A stretch of DNA of 64,000 nt. Source: Antedon mediterranea. Taxonomy: Eukaryota > Animalia > Echinodermata. The stretch lies in NCBI RefSeq assembly GCF_964355755.1, contig NC_092670.1, forward strand, positions 10,216,795 through 10,280,794. The letters are read 5' to 3'. Position numbers and translations under genes: made by a program. The notes beneath the pieces were generated by a model. That model saw nothing but the letters and a program-made list of their open reading frames with translations. It was not told the origin of the DNA and searched no databases. How positions within the stretch are numbered: position 1 is the stretch's first letter; each line of letters starts with the position of its first letter. Of this stretch, positions 14,301 to 27,331 are shown one piece after another.

Positions 14301-15537
14301 AAACTACCATGTACAGCTTTAATATGCTACTGTAACAACGCTAAAGATGACGGAAACCTTTGCATGAATGATCAAAACTGATGCCCTTAACATGTTCATT
14401 CCAAATGTAGCTTACGTGTTCACTTTTCTTTCAAACCTATACAATCATAATCCATCATATTGATGGCAGGTACTATACAATCATAATCCATCATATTGAT
14501 GGCAGGTAATTTCCAAATGTAGCTGACGTGTTCAAATCCTTTTTTAAATCTATAATCATAATCCATCATATTGATGGCAGGTAATTTTCAAATGTAGCTT
14601 ATGTGTTCAAATTCTTTTTTAAATCTATAATCATAATCCATCATATTGATGGCAGGTAATTTCCAAATGTAGCTGACATGTTCACATTTTTAAAAATCTA
14701 TAATCATACTCCATCATATTGATGGCAGGTAATTTCAAATTTCAACAAATGTAACTTGCGTGTTCAATTTTTTTTTTAATCTATATAAATCATAACACAT
14801 CATATTTGATGGCAGTGAATTTTATAATTTTACTAATTATTATTGAGTATAAATAATTTCATAGTTATGCAATTATATTATATTCAGTATACAGTAGGCC
14901 TATGCTGTAGTTTAAAGGTCAATAACCATACTATCGGCCATTCTTGTACAAAATGTGCCATTAGACTGTATAGAAACACACATGTTTTAAACAATTTAAA
15001 AAGAAAAAAAAAATTCATAAGACCACAATTTTCAAATTTATATTATTATTATATTATTATATTTGACTAATAGTTCAAAGGTCAATAGTTGTAGAATCGG
15101 CCATTTTTTGTAAAAACATTTCATTATAATAAATAAGAATGTATAGTTTCTGAACCATTTGAGCCCTATTTCGTGTCTCTCCGATTATTGGTTACTGAGA
15201 TACGATAAATCAAGGTCAAAGGTCAAAATGTCAGAAATAAGACTTGCATCCATTTTTTGAGAAAATGTGTCATTAAAGTGAATATAAAAACATATATTTA
15301 AAACATTTTGACACCAAAATTAATTATCTGTGACTAGTGGTTCTCGAGATATAGGGTAATTATAAAAAATGGCCGCCATTTTTAATTATGCAAGTTAAGG
15401 GCTTAGATGGCCGAATTTCGCTTGGGATCCGCCATATTCGTAATCAGCGAGGTCGAAATATCCTAAATCAAGTGGATCCCAGCTTCTACCCAAAAATGCT
15501 TCTTACATCATATTTCAGAGGAAATAGAACTTGTCTA
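11377..15537 (-). mobile_element. Academ (AcademX-type) DNA transposon derivative with fold-back structure
   Basis: Termini TAGACAGGTTC...GAACTTGTCTA and 3-bp TSD TAG (11374-76, 15538-40). Removing it restores LINE codons ACC ATA GAT GCT (GVTIDA). Internal fragments RDTDV, FHTISGCDTTS (XPG/FEN-like) and a Cys-rich C-terminus (CGC..CRC..CTALCRC). Confidence 0.8.
12105..12900. repeat. Subterminal minisatellite (about 60-75 bp unit, core tacctgccatcaatatgatggattatgatt) of the Academ element; mirrored at 14395-14820
   Basis: Direct tandem copies visible in the left arm; fewer reverse-complement copies in the right arm. Confidence 0.9.
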
Positions 15538-17084
15538 TAGATGCTTCTCTGACTTGGAAACTACATATAAATAAAATCAGTAATCTAGTTTCTAGAAATG
15601 TTGGAATATTGAACAAATTAAAGCATATCTTCCCTCAAAAAACCTTATTAACCCTTTATAATACTTTAGTTTTGCCTTACCTTTCTTATGCCAATTTATG
15701 TTGGGCAATTACTCTAGATAAATTTAATACGTTATGCCCCTGGACAAGTCTAGAGAAAACTCAAATTGACCGCCTTTTTAAATTACAAAAACGTGCACTT
15801 CGGATTTGCGCGTGAGAATCATTTAGAGCCCATACAAAATTACTTTTTAAAAGATTTAACGTTTTAAACATTTATGATTTAAATAAATTACAAGTTGCCT
15901 CATTTATGTACCGTTTATCTAACAATTTACTGCCTTCACATTTTAATGCTTTATTTACAAGAATTGACGAACGCCATTCCTATAAAACCCGATCCTCTGT
16001 TAACAATTATATCCTTGATAATTTAAATGTTAAGGCTCGACGATTTTCTATGTATTATTTTGGTCCCAAACTTTGGACTTCACTCTCAAATGAACTTAAA
16101 CAGAAATCTTCCTTTTCTAGTTTTAAATCTAATTTCAAACACAAAATGGTGTCAGAATATGCTACATAATTTTTCGCCGATCTTTTATCCTTATTTATTT
16201 GGTGGTGATACATGGCATTAAATTCCTTCACCCTGGTATTCAATAATCTCCGCTACATTGTATCGTTATACTTGTTATTATACCATATTTAATTATATTT
16301 CATATTGTACTCTAATTGTTATCATTATCCCTTTTATCATTATATTATATAATTGCCTGGTTTATCTTAACTTCTATAATTTAAATTTTTTTTTTTTTTT
16401 TTGATTTTATGTACTTTCACTATTATATATTCATATTTTAGTCTACTCTGTAGCAATGTTAGTATACTTATAGGCATACGGGAGTCACGACTTAAAGTTA
16501 TTTGTATTTATTTATATAGTTATCACATCGTATTATTTATTCTACTCAGGTACAAAACATATCTCGAAATTGTTAACAATTTTGACAATAAAGTTATCTT
16601 GTATCTTGTATCAAAGGCATGGAATAACCTACCTCAATCCATTCAGCAAATAGGAAACAAAAGTAATTTAAAGAAAAATGTTAAATGAAATTTCTGTTCA
16701 ACCAAATAAAAGTCAATCATAGTCTGTTATATATATATTATTGTTTTTGTTATGTTTACGTGTTTATAATGCAATAATTTGTAACTTAAATTTTTTTAAT
16801 TTTAGATTAAAAAAGGAAAAAAACTAATATTCTTTGTGGGCTATCCTGGAAAATCTTTCATAAATGTATTATTTGTAATGTCAATAATATATGTTATCAC
16901 TTTCTATGTATTTTTTATGATGCTTTTCCTAATAAATTCAAATCAAATCACTTTGTGTTCATTCTTCTTACTTTGATGTTTTTAACATAAAATTTAGAAC
17001 AAAATATATCATACCATGATGATTAAAGATTTATAAACACTTATAAATTTAAAACTCTTTGAAACATATTATTTTGCATACTTA

Positions 17085-18474
17085 TCTATATATAAATTTA
17101 CGTAAGGGCAAAATTTGGTAAATCGCGCGTTATTTCTAGAATGTTTACTCGATGGTATATAAAGTTGGTTCGTACTTTCGGTACTGATTTTAACCACCTG
17201 ATTAACCCTGTTTACTAATTAAATTTAGTTAGGTAATTAGTTATTGACGATTAAAACGAATTTAGGTTCAACGATTTGCCCAAATAGGGGTGTTTTCCGA
17301 TCGTGGTATACACTGTCTAATGCATGTCCATCGTGAAAAATACCCGCATACAATAATACGAGGATGCTTGGCATTTTCCTATCTCCTCCTACGATAACTG
17401 TTTTTAATGGCTGAAAATTCGCTTATGGTTATCCTTGGCAATTTGCCTAAATAAATAAATATATAAAAAAAAAAAAAAAAAAAAAAAAACCCGGTTGAAC
17501 AGCTCGAGTACAGCATCATAATGTTGAAGACAGGCCGATTTTCTTTAAAAAAATACTATTTTGATAGATTTAATATACGTTTATACAAATGTATTGATTT
17601 GCAATGAATGGAACATTCCAAATTATTTGGTTTAACCATGCTTGCATACCTCCATGGTTTAACACAAGTAGGTACATTTATATAGACCTTTGGAGAATAA
17701 ACAGAAATAGTATTGTATAAATGCTAATACAAATAGGTATTAACCACTTTTGATCTCCATTTGAATCAAAAGTGTTTTGGTACTGTTAGATATAATATAA
17801 ACAAATATACTAATACATTTTATTACTGTGAGTGTGGGTAGCCCCTACTTTTAGATTATAAACACATAATAATATAATACTTTATTACTGACAGTTGCTT
17901 CTCAACGTTTGTATTAATTAATAATTACAAAAATATAAACGTGGTAGTGGTCTTTGAATGTACTTTACTATTAATTCCATCGACCATGAGACAGTGACAG
18001 TTTTAATAAAGTATTAAATCCGAAATGTTTTACTCTATTTAGTGGTATATTATTTATAGGCCTATAAAAAATGTATTTCGTTACTGAATGGATAATAAAG
18101 AAATATAAAGAATAATTTAATATAAAGAATATATTAAAAAATTGTTCCTCTTTGTACCTATCCTCATCCCCAACGCTCAACTCTAATGTTAGATACAAAA
18201 CCCTAAACTCTAATAGATACAAAATTGGGTTTGTTTAAATGAGTCCAAATAACAAATTTGAACTCATTTTGTGACAAGTTTCTAGGTGCTAATTTTGGTT
18301 GACTACATAAATCATTGTGTCTATTTATTTGTTTCTGTAAACGACAATGTTTTAGAGTCCTGCCGTACGTACATTTGAAATCGCCAGTTTTTTTTACGCT
18401 GAAATTACTATGTATTCGAGAACCGGGTGGGCAAGAACTAGATGGTACGCGAGCGAAGCGAGCGCACCATCTAG
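17085..18474 (+). mobile_element. Non-autonomous Helitron
   Basis: A|TCTATATATAAA 5' end, 3' hairpin CTAGATGGT..ACCATCTAG|T, AT target, no TSD. Second copy at 45040-47500. Confidence 0.85.
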
Positions 18475-19324
18475 TATACTCAATTAAATAAAAAACCCAT
18501 TTTTATGTTTCATAGAATTTAATATTATTTAATTTATTTATTGAAATTTATTGTTTTTGCTAAAAGTAAATAGTAATGAGTATCTACCCTTTTTTGGTGG
18601 GTATTTGTAATATTATTCTGAGCCTCATTTGTTTCCATTTCGTTCCATTTTGTGTTTAAGTAGGACCAGTCACATACACGATACAATTAAAATCATTTGC
18701 GTTTATTTTGTAGTGGCTTTGTAGCTTCAATATTTGGTTTGTTCCAGCAGTCTAGTCACATGGCATCAGACCTTCTACAATGTGTTTAAAAGATTTTTTA
18801 GTTAGAACTGAACATGTAAGCCTTTTGTCGGTTTTGTACCTGATTTGGAATTCCATTTTCTATAGGATGATAATTAAGCTCTTTTTTATATTTTATTTAT
18901 TACATAACTACAATAAAGAACTTTAAAGGTCACTTCATTTTTAAAATTTAAAGAATGGATTTGCACGCAGTATTGAAAAAAGCTGCCTCCCCTAAATTTG
19001 ATAAAGACCACCTCAAATTATGCTAGAACGCTGTTGCTTCTGTGAACTTTAGATCCTGACACCACCGCTGCTTGGGTACAATACATGTATCAAATTCTGT
19101 CCCAGCAGTAAATGTCCTTAATATCATTTAACATTGTTTAAGCAGTCGTAATTCTAATAATAGTTTGATTATCCTTTTGATTATCAATTAAATATTAAAA
19201 TAAAATCCTACAGTATGTGGGTATTCCATAGATTATTTTTACTACAAGGTACAAAGGGTGTTGTTAAAAAAATGTTAATTCTTTGTTTACTTTCTTCAGA
19301 TAAAAATTGATTGAATGTACTAAC

Positions 19325-19586
19325 CTGCAGTTCCTGTGTATCCACTGATTGTCAAAGTATAGTTAGAATCCTCAGTATCAATATAGAATTGAGAATATTT
19401 TGCAAACTTTGTTACATCCAAGTGGTCCGTCATTTCTACCATTAGCTCAAAATTGCCGTTAGATGTTATACGGTTGATTTGTTCATTACCAAGCCAGAAC
19501 TCGGTGTTCACGTTTCCAAAACCCTCTTTGTATTGCAACCAATTTCGGTAGAAATCAACTGATCCATCTTGTCTTCTCTGTATCAC
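19325..19586 (-). CDS. FReD paralog 1, exon 3
   Basis: tcag|GTG ATA CAG AGA...GCA G|gttagt. Reads VIQRRQDGSVDFYRNWLQYKEGFGNVNTEFWLGNE...YTGTA, phase-1 end. Confidence 0.95.
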
Positions 19587-20008
19587 CTGATAATGAAAGG
19601 ATAGTAATCTATACTCTACTTTACTAAAACAGTGATGGCAAGCCCATCAACTGGCGTAAATACAGTAGAAATGAATGAAATGAGAACCTGACCAGTATAT
19701 TACAATTAAGGTATGTCAATAGATTTTATGGATTTTCCAATTTGACTATAATACCATATTTTACAATAATTTGGTTCTTATGAAAGTTTTGGAACATTCG
19801 TATACTTTCTGTCAACATTTCAACATCAATGTCAACTCGAACGTTTCCACAGCTGTGTTAAGGCTTCCAAAGTGTTACAATTATGATACTGTATATTCAG
19901 TGTTTTCTGTCCCTGGTACTGTTTTAGTAATGAATTATTAACCTGTGGCAATGATGTTGGATTTACTTGTAATTTCTTTGAATAAATTGTTGCCTACTGT
20001 ATACGTAC

Positions 20009-20143
20009 CGTCCAACCTCCATCTTCCCTCATGTCACAGTACACAGTAAACTCTAATCCTCCATCTCCTGGCTGTATAACATATTCACCACTATCAGCAG
20101 AAGGAATATATTGTAAAATGTCACCACAGTCCCTCATAAACCT
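20009..20143 (-). CDS. FReD paralog 1, exon 2 (start of fibrinogen C-terminal domain)
   Basis: tttatag|AGG...ACG|gtacgt, 135 bp. Reads RFMRDCGDILQYIPSADSGEYVIQPGDGGLEFTVYCDMREDGGWT with the RDC, SG-Y-I-P, VYCDM and GGWT motifs. Not in the ORF track. Confidence 0.93.
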
Positions 20144-20237
20144 CTATAAAATGTTAAAAAATTTGGTTTTATAAAATATCACTGATATAATATAGGTAAA
20201 ATGCAACTCTATAATAGTAATACAGTAATAATAATAA

Positions 20238-23200
20238 TCTATATATAAATTATGGTTAATTCTGACATAGGCGAGCACAATGCAAAAACCTCGGTACAAA
20301 TCTCCGTCATGGATACCTACCTTATCTATCTCAGACAGCGTTGCCAGCGATAAAATTTAAATTATGCCGTATCCTGTCTCAAATAATGCCAGATTGGGAA
20401 AAATAATGCCAGATCCCCAAAATGTGGCCCTAAACAGCGCCACCAACGGTTGTATGTCTAATAAACGTTTGTAAAACCCCAACTGACACAAAATAGGGCC
20501 TAAAATTGTATCCCCATGTCGTACAAAATTTATATTTTTAGTTTTGTGAGTAATAACTAATAATTCTAAATATCTGGGGTGCGAAAATGTTAATTGCAAA
20601 TGCAAATGACACCAACCCCCACCCCGCCCCCACCCTAAAAAAAAAAAAAAAAACAGCCATGGAAATTTATAATTTTTGAGCTGAAATATGAGAGCTGCTC
20701 GATGGCCGGGATCTTTGCACTTAATTTAAAAAATAAAAGGATCTTATAGCCACCATAATTAGAAAATGGAAATTATAATTTAAAATAGGAAATAAAAAAA
20801 ATTATTTTGAGTGTCTCCAGGACCTCAGCCCCACCACCATGGTTGATAAGAAAATTTGGAAAAATACAGCTACTCGATGGCCGGAAATGGCACTTAATTT
20901 AAAATATGAAATTAAAATATATAGACGTGTCTCCATGATCTTAGCCCACCATAGTTCGAAAATGGCAATTATAATTTAAAATAGGAAATCAAAATATATA
21001 TTAATTGTGTCTCCAGGACCTCATGGTTGGGGCTGAGGTAAGAAAATTTGAAAAAATAGAGCTGCTCAATGGCCGGAAATTAGTACCTCCAGGATCTTAG
21101 CCCATGATAGTTTTGAAAGTGCCAATTATAATTTAAAATAGGAAATAAAAATATATATTAAGTGTTTCCAGGACCTCAGCCCCACCATGGTTGGGGCTGA
21201 GGTAAAACAAATTGGAATAATAGAGCTGCTAGATGGCCGGAAATTGCACTTAATTTTAAATAAAAATGTACAAGAGTCCCTAGGACCTCGCCCCATCATG
21301 GTCACTGAGAGGTGAAGAACATTTGGAAATATAGGGTTGCTACGACGATGCAATGGAACATAATTTGAAATATGGAAAACAAAATCTCTAGAAGAAATTC
21401 TTTTTAAAATTAGAGCTTCTAGTTACCGGAAATTGCCATTTTAAGGGTTGGGGTAGGGGTGTGGCCGCTTATAATTATGAACTGAAAAAACAAAACCCCT
21501 TTCATAATGTGTTTTCGTTCAATTGTCTCTATATCTGGGGATCCAATAACCTGCATGGTCTCTGAAATAGAGCAACATAATTGGCCAATAGGTAGCCTTA
21601 TCGGATTTGTTGTGCTGCCTATATCGCACACACGGTAGTTTTCGAGCAGCCTTCCTATCCGAAGAGCCGATTAAGTCCGAAACGAAAGGATGGAAGAACT
21701 ACTATTGTACGGAAAACCCGAACAGATCTGTTTTGTACGATATGATATTGCGTAAGGTGATATGTATTAACAAAATATTTTATTTTTGTTCTGTGGTATA
21801 TTATTTTTTTGGTTGTTCAAAAAACACAAAATTATGCCAGATTATGCTAAAAACGGCTAAATAATGCCGCGGCATTATGCCAGATGCCGTGGGCCTCCAA
21901 ATAATTCCAAAAAGCATAATAATGCCAGAAATGGCAACTATGATCTCAGATGTAGGCTACCGCGAAACGTAGATTTGATAACATTAGTTTTCACATCGAC
22001 GCTATTGTTCCACTTTTGTCTTTTACAACGACAAAATTTAGCGTTACCTATCGAAATTTGTGGATATCACAGGGTTATTTTCACACACTCGCGCTGTTGT
22101 TCAACTGGCTTCCGGGTCCGTCACTTCCGGCAAAATGGCCGTTGGTGGCGCCATTCAATATTAAATAAAAAAATATTTTAGTGGTTCAACGTATCGTGAA
22201 CTACTGAAATTAATTTGTTTTAGATATTCAGCTAATTAAAGGCATTTACTTTTCGTGAACTACAATTTGTTTTAGTAATTTAACTTTTATTGAAGGCCTT
22301 TACTTTTATGTGAACTACAATGTGATTCAACTGAATCATGAACTTCAATTTTTGTTTTAGATATTCAAATATCAATTATAAAGGCCTTTACTTTACGTGA
22401 AATACAATTTGTTTTAGTAATTTAACTAATTATTTATGCTATTTATTAATCATTTTATCAAATTTAGGTGCGATTCAATGTTACTATAGGAGGCCATGCC
22501 TACCAGGGAAACACCTTTACTGTTTATCGATTATTTCTGTTGCTTGCTCTATTTATAATTATAAATGGTGTCTACTACGACCGAAATATAAGTAGGCTAC
22601 GAAAGTTGTTATTTGATCATTTTGTTCCAAAATTAACAAGATGCTGTTGTCATGATATATTGTGATACAAATGTTAAAGCCCCGCTCACTGTCACCCACG
22701 TTGATAAACTATGCTTTTGGTCTCTTGGTACGGTCACGTTAGAGACTGTTTCAGTGATTGATGACCCCTATTAACGGTTTCCTGTGTGTAACGTTCAGAT
22801 AATATATATAATAATATAATATGTATATTATATGTATACACTGTTCTTTACAATTATATTATTTGCATCTTACGGTCTTATGATTAATACCAATTGTTGT
22901 AATACCAATTGTTGTTTTTACATCATTACAGGGAGAATTAATGTAGGCCTACATTTTGTTTACAATTAAATACATCTATGAGTATCTTTTCCCCTTTACG
23001 TTCCTAACCACCGATTGCTGTCAAGTGTCCATACATCATTACTGACAGGGGACGTAATCAATCATAATTGGTATACATTTCGCATTACCAAACTTATTTT
23101 CAGTACAGGTTCAAATCTCACACACATTCGGCGGAAGACCGAATATAATAATTAGCCTATATTGTTCTCTATTCGTACATTTTTTAACTCTAATTTGCTA

Positions 23201-23400
23201 TATTACCCTGGAAGCGATATTTTTGGCGTACCTAATTTATGGACCACCATGAAACATCACAAAATAAACATACATTACTCATCAGGCATATGCATAGGTG
23301 TCACCTGGGCTTCAATTTCCAGACACGTTGGTCATGTTTTGGAGGACCATTCGGGTACACCTACTAGAGGGTGCACGAGCGAAGCGAGCGAACCCTCTAG
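20238..23400 (+). mobile_element. Non-autonomous Helitron (related family) in paralog 1 intron 1, containing a nested hAT element
   Basis: A|TCTATATATAAATT at 20238; 3' hairpin CTAGAGGGT..CGAGCGAAGCGAGCG..ACCCTCTAG|T at 23364-23400. Confidence 0.72.
20336..21942. mobile_element. Non-autonomous hAT element
   Basis: 8-bp TSD ATCTCAGA (20328-35, 21943-50); imperfect 11-bp TIR CAGCGTTGCCA / TGGCAACTATG; subterminal TAATGCCAGA repeats; internal repeats of about 180 bp. Confidence 0.85.
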
Positions 23401-23732
23401 TGATAATAATAATAATGATGATAATAATGATAATAATGATAATAACAACAACTAGATTTGAACTCGTCACTATGGACGAGTTAGGTTATCCGCAGCGCAA
23501 AAGCCACGTACAAGTTATACGTTAGAATATTGAGCACAGAAAAACGATTTTGCCAATGTGACCTGAAGAAATTAAAATGTTAGTGTGCCCTTTATTTTGT
23601 GTCACGTCTAAGACAATTAAAACAAATTAGACGCAAAGTCTAAATCTGACAAACTTTTTTATCGAAACATCCGTACATCTAATCAAAAAATTTGTAATTG
23701 ATGTTTTGTTATGATATACTTATATTACTCAC

Positions 23733-24017
23733 CTTTTCAATGTAACAAAATTCATACGATTTGTTGTTTTCAATTGTTGCTTTTTCCATTTCCATTCGCT
23801 GCCAGCTGATTTGACACACACGATCTTTCTGGTTATAGTTGACCGACAAGCAATAAGATTTGTCGGAACATTCCAGCAAACAATTTACACGGCTTATATT
23901 CTTCAACTCGTAACTCCAACCATCAAGAGCCTGGCCTCGTATAACTGTATAGAATGAATTGCTCGAAAGAACACTGACGACAAAAGGCAGAAAAAAGACA
24001 ACCAAAATAGTATACAT
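23733..24017 (-). CDS. FReD paralog 1, exon 1: signal peptide + PAN/apple-like domain (95 aa)
   Basis: ATG at 24017 gives hydrophobic leader MYTILVVFFLPFVVSVLS, then C-x3-C-x5-C-x-SVNY-x6-C-x-I (CLLECSDKSYCLSVNYNQKDRVCQIS). Ends AAG|gtgagt, a phase-0 donor matching the phase-0 acceptor of exon 2. Confidence 0.8.
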
Positions 24018-27000
24018 TGTGACGTTTTTAGAAATACGTAATAACCGTACCAATGAAACCAATTTGCCTTCAAATGCATGTACGCTGTATTGTAGTAACA
24101 AGGAACTATATTTTCATCTAATATATATGATGTTCCATCTAAGTAGAGTTCTGTCTGCACCAATCAAATAGTAATAATATTACACGATTTACATAATAAT
24201 AAGAGAAAATAACCAATAAGTGCGCCTGGTAAGTTATTACCAAAACAACCAGGCCCAATCACAACGCAACAATTTGGTCAAAGGTTAAAAATTATTGCAT
24301 TTATTCGATAATTATCTGATTTGAATGAGATAATTATCGGATAATTTTGTTTTATAGAATCGGTTTATCGGTTAATTTTTATTAAACTACTAAAAATCTG
24401 TAGGCTATTTTATGTATTGTGTTTGATAGTAATTTCTGCTAAAAATAGAAAATGGTCAAGAAACAAAAAATTAAGCCCCTTTGTAATTTAGACCAACAAA
24501 TAGTCAAATTATTCAACCGTTTATTTTGTCTTTTTATAAGTGAAAACTGTATATAATGTTTTTCTTTTTTATCTGACAAAGTGATTAACTTTTTTAAAAC
24601 AACAAAATGGCCTCCCAAGTCTAATGTTATTAATCTTAATTTTGTATGTTCTTGGTGGCACAGTAAACCTATGTACTGACTAAATTACATTACTTCATGT
24701 TTAAAACAGACATTTTGCATTCATTAATTGCATTCTTTAATACATGGATTAATAATTAGAAGTTTTTTTTTAATACAATTATTATTCTTTTGTATTTGTG
24801 GTGATTTTCCCATTAGGTTTAAGAACTGATGTAAAAATATGTTTCTTCTTGGCGACTTCAAACAATATGGTTTAAGACACATAGCGGATTGATTTACATG
24901 ATATAAAAAGTAAGATCTGCTTGATTACCCTTATTAATAATTATTCTGATAAATTTTGAAACGTGAACAATCAAATTAATTACCATTTCATAAATGCCGA
25001 CTCTTTCAATAACCCGAACGTAAATTAAAATCGGTGAGTGGTCAGATTTATTCATTTTTGTAGATATAATAATATCTGTATTTGTATAGGTTTTTTTTGG
25101 TTTATACGCATGTTACTATGTGACGACCATTTGTTAATGTGATTTTCAGCAATTTGCATTTTGCTATTATGGTTTCTAGACATGAGTTCTTAGAGAATAG
25201 TTGTGACATCTATATATTTAACTGGTAGGTCATAGTCTAAAGGCCAACGAGGCCTGACAAATGTCCTCGTCGGGATTCAGCAGCACCATCGAGTCGAGTA
25301 GTCGGGATATAAAAAGGATCTGGCCTAACCAAGATCTTGTGAGTTGCCACCATTTGAGGAGAGGCATGATGTAAAGTGGGTACCCATTTTGGTCTGATGC
25401 AATCTGTCATAAATGCTTAAATCAACGTCCAGTTTCTAAGCTTCTCTATGATAGGTGTAAGATCATAGGCATTTCTATAGTCAATCAAGAGCATCATGAG
25501 TTTCTAAACCTTAAAAGAATTTAGTTACTACTTTTCCCCATTCTATCCATTTTACTCGAGCTCTAATTTGTGCTCCCTTTGCTTAAGATGTATATATTTG
25601 GTTTAATTCATCCATCTTGTTATTTAATAACTGTTCAGTCTTTTCGTCATAAGCACCGTCTTGCTTACTCCTTTAATCAATATGTTTTCTTCTCTTTATC
25701 TTTTTAGATTTTTTTATTTACTCCTTATTTGCATGAGAATTCTAATTTTTTAGTCTAATTTTCAGGTATTCCCATAGACGATTTGGTTTCATTTTGTTTT
25801 TATTATAACAAAAAAAATTATCAATAGTATAATAAATTAAATAAAATCTAAAACATTACACTAGATCAGCATTCTGCAAACATTTTATTTCGCGGCCTAA
25901 AATCTGGTTCTCGGGGGCCAAACCTCGACCCATCTACCCAGCTGGACCAACGTAATTAATAGTCTGTCACTGCGGCCTATAGTTTGCGGAACGTCGCACT
26001 AGATATCAACCGGTAATATAACCGTCTATATAGACCTATGTATTTTTACGTCTCGATTTTTTTGACAATACTCTCCAAATATCATTGAGCTTGAATTTAT
26101 TATTACATGTGATTACAAGTGATATCCTCTGTCAACGATTTAAATAATTTGATAGAGACAAATTGTTTCTGCCATCCAACTGGCTCAAGAAGCAAATGCT
26201 TAAAGGAGCGCCTTAAATACCATAATTTTCGCAGTTTCTTTTTAGAATAAAATGGTTAATTACATCAAACAGATCAATAGTTAATTTCTCTATCAAATAA
26301 TTATTTGATATATACACCAATATAGATGAGCTTTCATGCTAATATATGTTCAATAAAAGTAATATTATTGAGAAGACAGCATGAGCAGTTGAGTGACCTT
26401 TGCGAAATCCATATTGGTGATACTAAGAATATTTAACTTAGCTGTCAAATAATCATAAAGTTGGGAATGCATAATTTAGTAAAGTAAGGAAATTGGTCTA
26501 TAATTTTTAGTGGTATAACTTCAATTCATTCAAATTTTCCAGAAGTTGTTGCGTAATAGGCATGAGTTCCTAGGGACAACTTCACCAAGCGCGCCGGGTT
26601 GACATACTATTTCAATCTTTAATCGGGCCGGCATTAATGAGAGCAAAAAAAAATACCGGCCCAAGTACCACATTTAGTAAGAGAACTGTATGCCGGCAAA
26701 AATGGTTTTCATAATACTCGTTCACTGAGAATGCTGCAGATGTAATGATAGGAACGCCAACATAAAATCAATAGCACATAGATAATAACATAATTATCCA
26801 CATCCTAAATATCGATTTAGGGATTATTATACTTCTTTTATGTATATACAGTAATTTTACAATTAAGTTGAAGTAAAGAAAAAAATTCAGACAGAAATAG
26901 TACTACTTACATCAGTACATTAGAACCATTATTAACGGGAGACCAATAATGTGTCCCTTTAATAGAGGTGTTCCAAAGCAGTGTTCTACTGTATATAACT

Positions 27001-27081
27001 AAGACATTTTTTGAGCAATATCTTTGCAATGATATTTAAATTGAAAATTCCTTCTTATAGTTAATTTTTAACTTTTTTCAG

Positions 27082-27155
27082 GGAGAAGGAACACGATCTT
27101 GAAAGAAGATTTGAAATGCTAAATAGAGAGTTGCGTAATATGATGTCAATTGAAG
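27082..27155 (+). pseudogene. EHBP1: Isolated exon of an EHBP1-like gene (C-terminal bMERB domain)
   Basis: ttttttcag|G GAG AAG...GAA G|gtatc encodes EKEHDLERRFEMLNRELRNMMSIE, close to the remembered EHBP1 segment EKEHDLERRYELLNRELRAMLAIE. I did not find the flanking exons in the window. Confidence 0.75.
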
Positions 27156-27167
27156 GTATCCAACAAA

Positions 27168-27331
27168 TTCTCTTTCATTCAATCATTCATTCAATCTTTC
27201 ATTCAATCTTTCATTTAATGTTTTATTCTATCTTTCATTCAATCATTCATTTAATGTTTCATTCAATGTTTCATTCAATCTTTCATTATCTTTCATTCAA
27301 TCATTCTTTCAATCTTTCATTTAATGTTTCA
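27168..27331. repeat. 12-bp tandem repeat (atctttcattca)n
   Basis: About 13 degenerate copies directly visible. Confidence 0.9.

Larger units (their letters stand above)
8152..16612 (+). mobile_element. Inner CR1/L2-group LINE (ORF1 remnant + APE-RT ORF2), inactive, interrupted by an Academ element
   Basis: ORF1 motif IERAHR..PRHIIARF (8248-8526); endonuclease motifs HLNARSL, TETF, GGGVAIY, GDFNI, SDH; RT ORF 9495-11376 resumes at 15538. The catalytic FADD is deleted (FILFA|FFSH). Tail is AATAAA + (TATCTTG)n ending 16612. Confidence 0.9.
7200..16950 (+). mobile_element. Outer CR1/L2-group LINE, 5'-truncated and split by a nested LINE (own parts about 7200-8151 and 16613-16950)
   Basis: Fragments LDIQKAFDTVNH, GVPQGSILGPL and CHFDYACCSW. 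QTFYYTG at 8150 continues as KAWNNLPQSIQ at 16613. 3' end is AATAAA + (TCAAA)n at 16931-16950. Confidence 0.8.

Noticed and set aside
23162-23525. Overlapping ORFs with poly-Asn or poly-Ile tails
   Set aside because: They are produced by a Helitron end plus an (AAT/GAT)n microsatellite on the antisense strand of an intron.
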